A stretch of 64,000 nucleotides of DNA, taken from contig NW_021836161.1 of NCBI RefSeq assembly GCF_006345805.1, forward strand, positions 1-64,000. The letters run 5' to 3'. Of this stretch, positions 47,377 to 59,636 are shown in pieces. Numbering within the stretch: the stretch's first letter is position 1; each line of letters opens with the position of its first letter. The notes under the pieces are model-generated. The model did no database searches. It saw nothing but the letters and a program-made list of their open reading frames with translations, and was not told the DNA's origin. A program made the position numbers and the translations under genes. This stretch comes from Octopus sinensis (taxonomy: Eukaryota).

Positions 47377-47609
47377 AAAGGCGGCGAGCTGGCAGAATCG
47401 TTAGCAAGCCGGGCGAAATGCGTAGCCGTATTTCGTCTGTCGTTACGTTGTGAGTTCAAATTCCGCCGAGGTCGACTTTGCCTTTCATCCTTTCGCGGTC
47501 GATAAATTAAGTACTTGTTACGCACTGGGGGTCGATGTAATCGACTTAATACCTATGTCTGCCCTTGTTTGTCTCCTCTGTTTAGCCCCTTGTGGGTAAT
47601 AAAGAAATA
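47377..47609 (+). mobile_element. SINE family C monomer, 17-bp TSD
   Basis: TSD ggttactaagtaagcta at 47360-47376 and 47610-47626. Confidence 0.92.
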
Positions 47610-48649
47610 GGTTACTAAGTAAGCTACTGTACCCATCTCAATGCATGCAACAGTGAGCCTATGTTCCAAATTATACCACGTCACCACCATTATTATCATC
47701 ACTAGCATTGCTCTCTTATTCGTCATCATCCACCGTTATCATCACCATCACTTTTTTCAGTAAGAATTATCTTCATCACTAACACAGGCCAAGAGCTACA
47801 TCATTTGTCATCTCTAGATATGCATAGTAACCTAAGCTCTTTAAAATCAAAATCAATGTTTTGAAACAAGGAGAGACATGTTACCATCGTGGTGACGGAA
47901 TGGATGATAGAAGGAAGAGAAAAACTAAGAGTAAGACCAAGGTGAGGTGGGACATGAATTTTTGGGACCACACGATAGCGACTTGATAGCGATGGGACGA
48001 CATGATAGCGATGTGAGTCGACCCGAGTGGAGACCACGAATGCGAGCAATCGGAATGTTTGATGAAAGCTATTTGCCAGTGTGTTGAGAGCACTAGAGAC
48101 TCTAAGAGCTAAATAGGGGAGACATAGGCAAATTATGTCTAAAGATAGGACGGGAGGATCATGGATGGAGAAACGTTGAAATTACTCCATCAAGATTGAT
48201 CATGGGAAAATGAACACCTAATACCACCGTTGCCAAAGTATCATTGTAAGCAATGTAATCAATAATTTAGAGAGAATAAAACTTGGCAATTATATAGTCA
48301 ATGGAAAACTTTCTTGCGAAGTTATAAATATTCTCGTTTGATCCGAATCTGCTTTGTCTATAGCTAAGATAGTTATGCATTGATTACGCAGAACACCGAC
48401 GGAGATATTGGTTATTTTGATCAGCAGATATTCGTTACAAGTGACTGGATCTACAGAAAAAATGTGGAAATATGGAAAAAAAAAAAAGTATCTTATAAAT
48501 GTACATGACTTGATTTTTATCAGTTTATGTAAGTCTGGAATATGTACTTTAGTGGAATATGGTAACGTATGCTCGCAAACGTCTGGAAATACGCGCATAC
48601 CTACATACTTATATTGCTATATATGGTCTTGATATTGACCATACGAACA

Positions 48650-48666
48650 GTGTGTGTATGTGTGTG

Positions 48667-48709
<43 letters not shown>

Positions 48710-48930
48710 GAGAGAGAGATGTATGTATATTATGTATGTATACATGTATAAATATATGTATGTATATATACATACATGCATGTATATATACATATATATA
48801 TATGTATATAAATATATATATACATGTATCTATATGTATGTATATACGTGCATGTATATATATATGTGTGTTTGTGTATATATATGTGTTTGTGTGTGTA
48901 TATATACATGTGTATATATATACATATGAG
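48650..48930. repeat. (TA)/(GA)/(TG) compound microsatellite
   Basis: Direct inspection. Confidence 0.9.
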
Positions 48931-48949
48931 TCCACAAAATTTTGTTACA

Positions 48950-50126
48950 TGGAACTCTTTTAAACTGTTATTAAGAAAAAAGCTATATATAGCTCTCACC
49001 AACCGAGTTGAGGCCTATTTCGTTCATTTGGTCATTCCCTCACCTGTTTGGCACAAAATGCAAATATTGCAAAGATAAAGGGAGATAAGATTGCGCACAG
49101 AACAAACTTAGCTTACTCAGGAAATGAAGAGGCATCCTGTTACTGTGATTATAAAGGCTGGGCATAGCGATTTAGAAGTAACTCGATTTTTAAAATTTGC
49201 CAGATCCTTCGTCCACAAAATTTGTAATGAGCTAGAGACTGAAGATGGAAATGTATCACCAGAATCAAAGCATAAAAAGCATTCTAAACTCACTGAAATC
49301 ATCAGAATACCTGAAGTTATACAGCAAGTTCAACAGATCATTTATTACAATGTCCATGAAATCAATTGCAAAAGATCTCCATGTGTCAGAAGGAACAATC
49401 AGAAATATTGTCCAGGAAGACATCAGACAGATGGTGGGGGAAGGTCAATTTGTCAGAAAAAGCAAAAGAAAAATCGCAACATTAGATCCAAAAGGCTTTT
49501 AAACAAACTGAACAATCCAACAGAATATGATTGAATTTGTTTTTTCTCAAACGAAAAAGCACTTCGACCAAATTAACAGAAGAAATGACAGACGATTATG
49601 TGCAGATCCTTCTGAAGTTCCAAGTGTTGTGCATACAAAATTTCCTGCAACGGTTTTAGGGATTGTTAGTAATGAAGAACATGTGATGCCTCCTTACGTC
49701 CTGGAAATAATTGTCCAGCCCTGGAGAGACACTGTATTCAATGGAAGGCCAGATTTGTTTCAATAAGTCTCTGCACTATTACACGGGGCTCTAGTAATAC
49801 AGGAATGGATGGCTGAAAATGTTCATGATCACATAACCCCAAACATTCGGCCTCTTCATTTCCATTGGACCACTACATGTGGAATGTTGTTGAAAGAGAG
49901 AGGTCAAAGAACACACCTGTAACACCAAAGACCACTCAATTCGAGCCTTGAGATGATTAAGATCTATATAGAAGTTGTTGAAGTTGAAGGTGGCTTTATT
50001 GAATAACAATATAGAAAACATTTGTTTTAATCTTCATAGCATTTTTTTATAAATAAAGTTATCTGTTATTATATGTTTATATTTTATAAATATAAATCTG
50101 TCCTCAAATATCTTACGCACCCTGTA
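48950..50126 (+). pseudogene. Decayed Tc1/mariner transposon, probably maT (DD37D, Bmmar1-like)
   Basis: HTH SMKSIAKDLHVSEGTIRNIVQEDI; FSQTKKHFDQINRRNDR...TKFPATVLGIVSNEEHVMPP; PLDHYMWNVVER; right end ...cttacgcaccctg|ta looks like a TIR plus TA. The left TIR was not found. Confidence 0.75.
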
Positions 50127-50382
50127 CATACATTTCGAGGTTGCCATAACCCATAGGAATTACCGCCATCTGTAATATTTCAATGGATGTTCGATCAAGA
50201 CAACTTGCATAAATTTTTTATTCCCAAGTTAAAACTGTGGTATTCAGAGGTACATTCTACTTCCATAGTATGTCTTATTACTTTGTCTCTTATAATAATA
50301 GTTATGAAGATGGTAAAGCAACCATTCAGATACCTATAAGAGATAATTATGCGACAGTCTTCGGATAATATTTTATGATACT

Positions 50383-50926
50383 TCAAGAAGAGAAGAAAAT
50401 AGTTATGGACATGTTTCCTATTTATCGTGATCTCATCAGCGAAGAAAAGTCTACAGCCTATTTGAAAAACCGATATCAGAATTGCTGATGGTATATTTTC
50501 TTTTTGGCTGCCAAATTTCAATCTTTTCAAGTACTGGTTGAATTGATTTCATATTCGGTGTAACGGTATGGTTTTGTATGCTAATCACTGCTTTGAAATT
50601 CATTTTCGCAATGTATCAATAAATAGAGTTATTGGCTTTTAAAATTTTGGAAACTTCGTGTAATTTTAGTCAATTGTAAGTCACAAACACATTCCTGACT
50701 GTTTCTGTTATAACAAGGTAAACGTAAAAATTCTTACGTCTGCGACATAGCACGTGTTGATAAATATATCCTACTTATCATAGGCAATCATGTGACAGCT
50801 TTTGAATAATATCTCAAGAAGGGAAGGAAATAGTTCTGGACATGTTTCCTATTTATCATGATCTCATTAGCGAAGAAAAATCTACAGCCTATTTGGGAAA
50901 ATGATATCAGAATTGATAATGATATA
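50383..50926 (-). repeat. Two ~110-bp diverged direct repeats 431 bp apart, each with an HHR-like core on the - strand
   Basis: 50383-50496 vs 50814-50926; the - strand reads CT(G/A)ATGA...GAAACATGTC in each. Confidence 0.6.
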
Positions 50927-51572
50927 TATAGGAATTTATAAAAGACGTCATTGAAAACTAGAATTCCGGAAATATTTACTGGGATGTTGAGAGTTAAATG
51001 TCATATAAGCGGTTACAATTCAGTTCCAGTGTGTTGATCCGAATATTCGACATTTAAGCTGGCAGTCCGGCCGACTGTTGTCAGCTGCAATTTTAACTGA
51101 TATGCGTATGTTTACCATTCTTCTTTATTTTCCGTTCTGCAGAGTCATTAAGGGACACGAGATGAATATAAATGGCATTTTGATCTGACATCAAGAATTT
51201 TAAAAAGCAGAAACTTAGAGAAAGAAAAAGTGCTATTCAACTTAGAAGAATTTTTTTCTATTTTTTCAAATCTACACATAGTTATGCATGTGATTGTGTG
51301 TGGTTCTCTCTGTGAGTGTCTGTGTGTTAGAGAAGGTGTATGTACGTGTGAGTATCTTTGTTCACAAAAATAAATACAGGCAGGAGAACGCCTACACGTA
51401 AAAGAATGCAAATTTCTAAGTATACATACTAAAATGCAGGTTCATAAATACAAGCATACACTAAAGGTTACCCGTACGATTGTTGGGAAACAAAAGCCCG
51501 AACAAATATGCCTATACATGCATAAGTTAGCATACATTGTGGGATTTATAGATAGATACACATATATAGAGA

Positions 51573-51725
51573 GACTTGTTTCCCAACCACATGGTTTCGT
51601 GTTCAGTCCCACTGCTTAGAAACTTAGACAATTCCTTCTAAAATGACGAAAGCATTGTGAGTGGATTTTGGTTCAGGGAAGCTGAAAGAAACCCGTTGTA
51701 TGTATATATATATATATATATATAG

Positions 51726-51772
<47 letters not shown>

Positions 51773-51835
51773 TTGTGTTTTTCCCTTGTTGGCAATTAAC
51801 ACGGAAAAAATAGATAAGTAGTTACCAGGGTAGCA
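51573..51835 (+). mobile_element. SINE family A, decayed
   Basis: cttgtttcccaaccacatggtttcgtgttcagtcccactgc...cattgtgagtggattttgg...ctgaaagaaacccg(TA)n. Confidence 0.65.
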
Positions 51836-51935
51836 AGAAATCACACAAGCAAAAAGAGCGTAACACCTTATTTTTGAAGGTAGAAACCCCGGGTTTCCGT
51901 GAAATATTTTGTATAATATATATATAAATCAATAA

Positions 51936-52050
51936 ATGGAGCTAAACGCATGTGTTATTCAAATTATTTTACTTCTGACACCTGTTTCGAAGATACCACT
52001 GGTATTATTCCATAGAAATAATACCAATGATATCTGCGTTTAACTCCATA
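51936..52050. mobile_element. 115-bp element with 15-bp inverted termini and an internal 18-bp hairpin
   Basis: atggagctaaacgca / tgcgtttaactccat; gataccactggtattatt / aataataccaatgatatc. Confidence 0.6.
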
Positions 52051-52204
52051 TATATATATATATATGTAGGTCCCGGGTTGATTCGGGGTTAACCACAGTA
52101 AATAAGGTACTCAATACATAGCAGAGTAAAATTAATTTATTATATAGAAGGAGCTTCTACAGGACTAGAACTGTTTCATTCAAGAGAAAACATATATATA
52201 TATG

Positions 52205-52283
<79 letters not shown>

Positions 52284-53189
52284 CTACATACATACAGAAG
52301 GAGAGGGCGCGAGAGAGAGTTATGGTGATGGGAACAGGAAAATAACACTCAAAATATGCGTATATGAATATTTAAAATTAATCTGTAGCAGGAGTATCGG
52401 AGTGAATCAAGAACCGAGTTTCTTGCGTTGGCGTTTTGCCAACGCACGAAACCCTCGGAACTTGATCACTCTGTTCCTTCTGTTAAGTATTAATAAATAT
52501 ATAATGATATGTAAATATAACACATTCTCCAGGTATTCATAATAGTGCCCCTCCCATTATTCCTGAACTATCCCTCCGCTCCCATTTGCAGCTCTTCTGT
52601 GTATTTAAGCAGACAATTTTTTAACTATCTTTGTAATTTCTTCACCTCGTGATCTCCTTACATCTTCCTCTCTGCACAAGAGACCATGCAAGCGTGTACG
52701 TGCGCATTCACAATTGTAAGATACTACAGGTGTAAACAGAAATTGAGCGCATGCACGTGAATATGCGTATGTACAGATCTAAAGTTAATTGATAAACCAC
52801 CCAATTCTATATGTTCCCCTATGAACCAGAAACCCTATTGCTCACCTCCTACTCTTTATTCCTCTCTTCTAGTAAATCCATCATAATCCTAAATCTTCTC
52901 TTCGGCTTCATCTGACAATTTTATCTCCAAAATTCTTCACTTTTCCTCTTTTTGTCGCACGGGTGCACGCACGGAAATACTCACACAACACACACACACA
53001 CACACACACATTTATTTATTTATTTATTTACATTTGACCTAGTAAATAACCCCAGTCTCATATTCACATTGACCTTCCCCTAGTCGGCTTCTCCCTCTCC
53101 TTTTCCGTTTTCTTATCGTTAACATTGGACAATTAACCACACCTATATCTTATTTCTTCTTCCATATGTTTTTCTATTGTTTTCTCACT

Positions 53190-53606
53190 AGGCGCAGGAG
53201 TGGCTGTGTGGTAAGTAGCTTACTTACGAACCACATGGTTCCGGTTTCAGTCTCACTGCGTGGCACCTTGGGCAAGTGTCTTCTACTATAGCCTCGGGGC
53301 GACCAAAGTATTGTGATCGGATTTGGTATACGGAAACTGAAAGAAGCCCGTCGTATATATGTATACATATATGTATGTATGTATATGTTTGTGTGTCTGT
53401 GTTTGTCCCCCCAACATCGCTTGACAACCGATGCTGGTGTGTTTACGTCCCCCGTAACTTAGTGATTCGGCAAATGAGAGTGCTAGAATAAGTACTAGGC
53501 TTACAAAGAGTAAGTAATGGGGTCGATTTGCTCGACTAAAAGACGGTGCTCCAGCATAGCCGCAGTCAAATGACTGAAACAAGTAAAAGAGTAAAAGAGT
53601 AAAAAA
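53190..53606 (+). mobile_element. SINE family A, full length
   Basis: Head to (GAGTAAAA)n tail. Confidence 0.9.
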
Positions 53607-53769
53607 GGTATCTGGGATCTGGTGAGTAGCAAATGGAGCACTGCACGTTGCGTATTTATCACTTTCTACCTTCTGCTTGCTGGGAAACATCTCTAACGAG
53701 AATTTTACCTACACCATTAAATGAATATGGATATGTATATGAGCGTGTGTGCATGTACATGTGTGTGTA

Positions 53770-53960
53770 TGTATGTATATATCTATGTGAATGTGTGTTT
53801 TTTGTGTCTATGTTTATCCACCATGACCAACTGACAACCGATATTGCTGTGTTTATGTCTCTCTCACTTGAACGTTGGAATAAAAGTACTACGCTTAAAA
53901 GAATATTCCTGGAGTCGATTTGTTCCACTAAATTCCGTGGTGGTGATGAAGCAGTCAAAA
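53770..53960 (+). mobile_element. SINE family A 3' half, very diverged
   Basis: ctgacaaccgatattgctgtgtttatgtc...cctggagtcgatttgttccactaaa. Confidence 0.55.
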
Positions 53961-53961
53961 G

Positions 53962-54015
<54 letters not shown>

Positions 54016-54027
54016 ATTCTAGCAAAA

Positions 54028-54065
54028 CTGTCTGATGAACGGCAACGAGAAACTCAGAATAACAG
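54028..54065 (+). ncRNA. Minimal type I HHR-like motif, family F copy 3
   Basis: CTGT-CTGATGA-ACG-GCAA-CGA-GAAA-CTCAGAA-TA-ACAG; the downstream flank matches that of 34535/34876. Confidence 0.5.
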
Positions 54066-54098
54066 ATTTTGTTGAATTTTCTGCTGCTTTAAATAAAG

Positions 54099-54159
<61 letters not shown>

Positions 54160-54499
54160 TAGATGCAAACATGTATGAACAAATTTGCAAATTTGTACAC
54201 AAACTTTTAAAACAAAATGCATCCATGTATTTACTCACATGCATATACTGAAATACATAGATTCATGCAAATATTTAGGCAATTTCATCAACAGGAACAA
54301 CATACTTCTGATAGACCAATATTATCTCCGAAGAACTTTCTTGGATTCGATAAATCTGTCAGAATCAGTATTTTGACATCACAATTCGGAATTCTCCTTC
54401 ATACCTGCAGTCTCAAGATATTTGTTATTCATTCTACAAAACGATGGCAGTGTTGGCACAAATGATATCTAGCCACTACGCTTCTCTCCTTCTGCCGTA

Positions 54500-54518
54500 T
54501 AATACATATGCGTGTGCG

Positions 54519-54565
<47 letters not shown>

Positions 54566-54913
54566 GTATGAATTATATATATATATACACACACATACGT
54601 ATAATATATGGTATATATATATATATGTATATATACATATGTGTATATATATAATATATATGTATATATACATATATGTATGAATATGTGTATATATATA
54701 GATATGTATATACCATATGTATGAATATATGTGTATATATATATATGTATATTACATATATGTATGAATATATATGTATATATATATACATAATGTATGA
54801 ATATATATGTATATATATATATACATATATGTATGAATATATATGTATATATATATACACATGTATGAATATATATGTATATATATATATACACACATAT
54901 GTATGTATGTATG

Positions 54914-54944
<31 letters not shown>

Positions 54945-54945
54945 A
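54500..54945. repeat. (TA)-rich minisatellite (tatgtatgaatatatatgtatatatatataca units)
   Basis: Direct inspection. Confidence 0.9.
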
Positions 54946-54952
54946 TGTAATA

Positions 54953-57508
54953 ACGGGAGCTTTATGAAAATAAACAAAAGACGAAGGCAGGTGGAAAACA
55001 AACGAACAATTGTATTAGTATGGCGCTCAGGAATATAAATAAAACAAGTCTTTAACGTTTCGAGCCTACGCTCTTCAACAGAAAGATACACAGAGAGAGA
55101 AAAACACAGAAAGAAGGAGAGAAAAAAAATGCGTGCAGTAGCTAACGAATCAACATGGCGATCTGATTTCGGCCAGAGGTCAAAGATCAAACATGAGACG
55201 CGAGAGCGAAATAAGGGAGATAATAGGTTGATAAATTGGTTGAGGGACCAGCTAAAAGTGCGTGGGAGGGGTCTGGATGTGTGTATGTATAGGGTTTGGT
55301 GTATGTATTAGTATGTATAAGGTGTGTGTGTGTATGAGAGAGTATTAGTGCGTAAGATTGGTCTGGACGTGCGTATGTATGGGTTGGTGTATGTAATTTA
55401 GTATGTATTAGTATGTATTAGTACGTATTGGTATGTATAGGTGGTGTGTGTGTGTGTGAGAGAGTATAAGTGCGTATGCGGGGTCTGGACGTGTGTAATG
55501 TATAGGGTTGGTGTAAGTATTAGTATGTATTAGTACGTATTAGTATGTATTAGTTGGTGGTGTATATTAGTATGGCACATCATATGTGATGTGATGTGTA
55601 AAGTCATGTGGTTAGTGAGGGAGAAGAGGGGGAGGGGGGAGAAAGGGGGAGAGAAGGGGAGGGGAAGAAGAGGGGAGAGGAGAAAGGGGAGAGAAGAGGA
55701 TGGGGAGAAGGAAGGGGATAGGGGATGAAGGAGGAAAGAGGGAGAGGGGGAGAGAGAAGGGGAGAGAGGGAGTGAGGAGCAGAGGAAGGGGAAAGGGAGG
55801 GAGAAGAGGGAAGGGGAGTAGGGGTGAAAGGATGAAGGAGTGGATGATGGGATAGGGTCGATGGTGGGTGCTAGTGAGGCGGGGTTGTGTTGGAGAGGTA
55901 AGGGCAAGTGCGGCAACGTGGGCGGGAGCAGGGAACGAGCCGGGTTGGGAAGTAGGGTCAGGAAGGAGCTATGGACCAAAGGTCTCGAAGGTTTGGGCTC
56001 GTTGAAAGAGGGGAGGGGTCGGTTAGGGAAGAGGTGTGGAAGTGGACGGGTCGGACTGGAGATGACGGAAAGCTCGAAGAATGGTGCGTTGGAGACGTAG
56101 GGTCGTGGGGTGGTAAGTGATGGGAAAAGGGAGGCGGGAGACTACAGGGCGGGTTCGGGGAGAAGAAGCAGATACACGGTCCACGGACCGTGCTCTGGCA
56201 AGGGTGGTGTGGTAGTGGTGAGGGGGTATCCACGTAGGGTGAAGTGGTGAGCCATACGTTGAGACTGAGTCTCAAAGTCATGGTCGTCACTACAGAGCCT
56301 ACGTAGACGGAGGAATTGGGATAGGGGATGGAAAGCTTGTGTGTTCTGGGTGGGAGGAAGAGAAGTTGAGGTATGAGTGTGAGTCTGTGGGTTTGTAGTG
56401 AATGGAGGTGGTAAGTGAGTGAAGAATGCTAACCGAAATGTCGAGGAAGGAGACAGAGGTGTTGGAGATAGTGGAAGTGAATGGAGCTGGATGGAAAGAT
56501 TGGACGAAAGAGAGGAAGGAATCTAGATGTTCGCGGGAGAGTGAGGTGGCACCGATAATGTCGTCAATATAACGACCTATAGTTCAGGATTGGGACCAGT
56601 GAAATTAGAGAATATTTGGGCCTCAACATAGCCAACGAACAGGTTCGCATAGTTGGGGCCCATTCGCGTTCCCATGGCCACTCCCGAGACCTGATGGTAG
56701 AACTCGCCCGCGAACGAGAAGCATTTCAGAGTAAGGACAAGTTCGGCCAGACGAATGAGTGTGGAGGTGTCAGGTACAGGGTTAGAGCGGAGGTCAAGAA
56801 AGTGTCGAAGGGCCTCAGTCCCTTCGTGGTGAGGGATAACAGTATAGAGGCTTTGGATGTCCATAGTAAAAAGGATTTTGGAGGAGCCGGGAGGAAAGGA
56901 AAGAAGAGTTGAAAACCGGAGAGCATGGTTGTATCGTGGATGTGGGAGGGAAGAGATGCCACTAGGGGGGTCAATGACACGGGTCGAGGTATTAGAGATG
57001 AGCTCCTGTGGGGCAGTTACAGGCGGAGACGATGGGGCGGCCAGGGTTGTTGGGTTTGTGGATTTTGGGAGGAAGTAAATGGTGGGGTACGTGGGGTTCG
57101 CACAATTAGGTTGGATGCGGTGCGGGGGAGACGGGAGGACGAGATGAGGTCTTGGACAGTAGAGGATACCGTCTGTTGGTAGCTACGTGTGGGGTTAGAG
57201 GGCAGAGGGGAATAGAAGGAGGTGTCATTGAGTTGGCGGAAAGCCTCGGCCCTATAGAGGTCCGCGCGCCACACCACTACAGCTCCACCCTTGTCAGCCG
57301 GTTTGATGATATGTCAGCGCGCCGTTGGAGGGAACGAAGAGCCAAGAGCTCAGCCGGGGAGATGTTGAGGCGGCGTTGGCGCCTGGAGAAGTTGAACCGC
57401 TCCAATGCACGCTGACAAGCGCCCGCGAAAAGATCCACTGCTAGGATCTGGCCAGGGGCAGGCGTCCACGGGGATGGTCGGCGGCCCAGGCCAGTGAAGC
57501 AGTCGTCC
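54953..57508 (-). mobile_element. Penelope-like retroelement, 5'-truncated: RT region, Cys motif, low-complexity tract, 3' terminal repeat with HHR-like motif
   Basis: Frameshifted ORF reads IKPADKGGAVVVW, LPKIHKPNNPGRPIVSACNCP, MDIQSLYTVIPH, GVAMGTRMGPNYANLFVG, RYIDDI (56560-56571), FLDI, YKPTDSHSYL and CSRPRCRTCPY (about 55901-55940). It is GC-rich relative to its flanks. Confidence 0.92.
55049..55086 (-). ncRNA. HHR-like motif in the PLE terminal repeat (A6>U, GUU site)
   Basis: TCTTT-CTGTTGA-A-GAGC-GTAG-GCTC-GAAAC-GTT-AAAGA. Confidence 0.45.
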
Positions 57509-57541
57509 TATACATATATATATAAATATACATACATACAC

Positions 57542-57572
<31 letters not shown>

Positions 57573-57575
57573 CAC

Positions 57576-57636
<61 letters not shown>

Positions 57637-57669
57637 CAGAGAAAGAGAGAGAGAGATATAGTAAGTTGA

Positions 57670-58560
57670 TGAGATCCAGAGATTTTGAGCTTAGCAGACT
57701 AAGCGGCGCTCGAGTTATTTAAACGTAGACTCCAATGACTTTATGGAGGGTGAATACTTGAGGGTACAGAATGGCTGTAATTGGGGTCAAGTTGAGCAAA
57801 TAGGGAGACACTTATGCGGGTAAACAAATTAAATATATTGCGTATGACAGCTTGGATATCAAAAATAGAATATGCGTATGTGTATACATACGAAACGAGA
57901 GAAAGCAAAAGGTAGAGGCTTTCAGATGATACCTTTTTGATATTGATTTATAGATATTTATATAAATAGATCCAACTTACAAACGACAGAGAAATTCAAA
58001 GGGGTGGAAGAAAGATGTTATAATCCCACCATCTGTTTCTGAGAGCTTGGAGATCCATGAACGGTGAATGTAATTCATCACAATACGCGACCGTAAATGA
58101 TGCAACCAATATTGGATAGGGCGAGCCTACGTCATTAAGATAAAGATCTTACATTTCAGATCTTAAATCAGAGAAGTTCAAAGATGGAATGACTAGTTAG
58201 AATTATTGGATTTGAGGCCATAGAAGAGAACACTCAACCTCATTCTAGTAATGAAGTTGTTCATTCACTACAGAAAGAGTTCCATGTAGATATCCCTAGA
58301 AGGAATTGGGATATTCTTTATATATGTGCCCAAGAATTGTTTATCTATGAGTGTAATCTAGACAGCTCTAAGCAAAGTTGAAATCCAGAGACTCTCAGTC
58401 AAGAAGGCACTTAGAAGCACTCGCATGATTCAAACTTAGATTCCGATTCCTTTACAGGGAATCAATTCCAATGGCTGTAACAGGGATCAAGTTGAGCAAA
58501 TATGGAGGCAATTATGCGGAAAACAACTTAAATCTATTAAATATAACAGCTTGGGTATGA
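57670..58560. repeat. Two diverged ~180-bp direct repeats flanking a probable CR1/L2 3' remnant
   Basis: aatggctgtaa..ggg.tcaagttgagcaaata...ttatgcgg at about 57770 and 58469; the - strand near 58300 gives FLGISTWNSF (weak WNSLP-like). Confidence 0.45.
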
Positions 58561-58692
58561 AACACACTCCCACATACACAGACACACATATACACACACA
58601 CATGTAATGAATGTATGTATGTATTACATGGAAAATGAGAAAAAAAAGTGGAGACTTTCAGATGATGAATATTTAAGTATGGATATGATTTG

Positions 58693-58760
<68 letters not shown>

Positions 58761-58870
58761 TATTCATATGAGGGTGAAAAATTAGATATTAATTTAATAA
58801 TATCATCAGTTTTAACACCAAGTGGCTTAGCACATAAAAAACCAGGGAGACAATACAAATTTATACTTAT

Positions 58871-59062
58871 AATATAAAAGAGTTACCGCTAAGTGGTTAA
58901 CTCTAGTGCTAAAAAAATAGCTCCTTCTTCTGGTATAGCCACCAAAGTTGTTTCCACCAAGAAATAACTTTACCTTCAAGGAAACAACTTTGGTGGCTAT
59001 ACCAGAAGAAGGAGCTATTTTTAGCACTAGAGTTAACCACTTAGCGGTAACTCTTTTATATT
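58871..59062. mobile_element. Near-perfect fold-back (arms ~83-85 bp, 24-bp spacer)
   Basis: 58871-58955 is the reverse complement of 58980-59062 except for A-run length (7 vs 5). Confidence 0.9.
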
Positions 59063-59066
59063 TAAG

Positions 59067-59162
<96 letters not shown>

Positions 59163-59312
59163 TGCAATGAATAGATAGGGTTCAGCTTTCTATGCGGTTG
59201 TTGCAGAAGCTCTCAAATGTTACTGCTTGTATGTAACGCATTCTTCCACAAATTCTTGAATAAAGTCAAACACGACTATATAATTTTATGTGACAATGAT
59301 TTCTTATGAAAA

Positions 59313-59636
59313 TGCTAATGGTTCAGTGGTTAGCGTGGTGGTCTCACAATCATGAGGTAGTGAGTTCGATTCCTGGATCAAGCTCTGTGTTGTCTTCTTG
59401 AGCAATACAATTTATTTCACGTTTTTTTTTGCAGTTCACTCAGCTGTAGAAAATGAGATGCGACATCACAGGTGCCCAGCTGTATCTTATCTTTTCTTTT
59501 GATAATATCTGCTGCGTGGAGAAGGGAGGCCGGTATGTATGAGCGATTGTTGGTCTTCCATAAAGAAAGTTGCCCGGACTTGTGCCTTGGATGGTAACTT
59601 TGTAGGTGCAGTCCTGTAGTTATTCAGACCGAACGG
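59313..59636 (+). mobile_element. SINE family D-like, older copy
   Basis: ggttcagtggttagc...gagttcgattcc...ttgagcaatacaatttatttcacg...ctcagctgtagaaaatgag...gaccgaa. Confidence 0.75.

Noticed and set aside
48290-48632. Overlapping 74- and 102-aa ORFs with splice-like signals
   Set aside because: No recognisable domain, and the frame depends on a poly-A run length.
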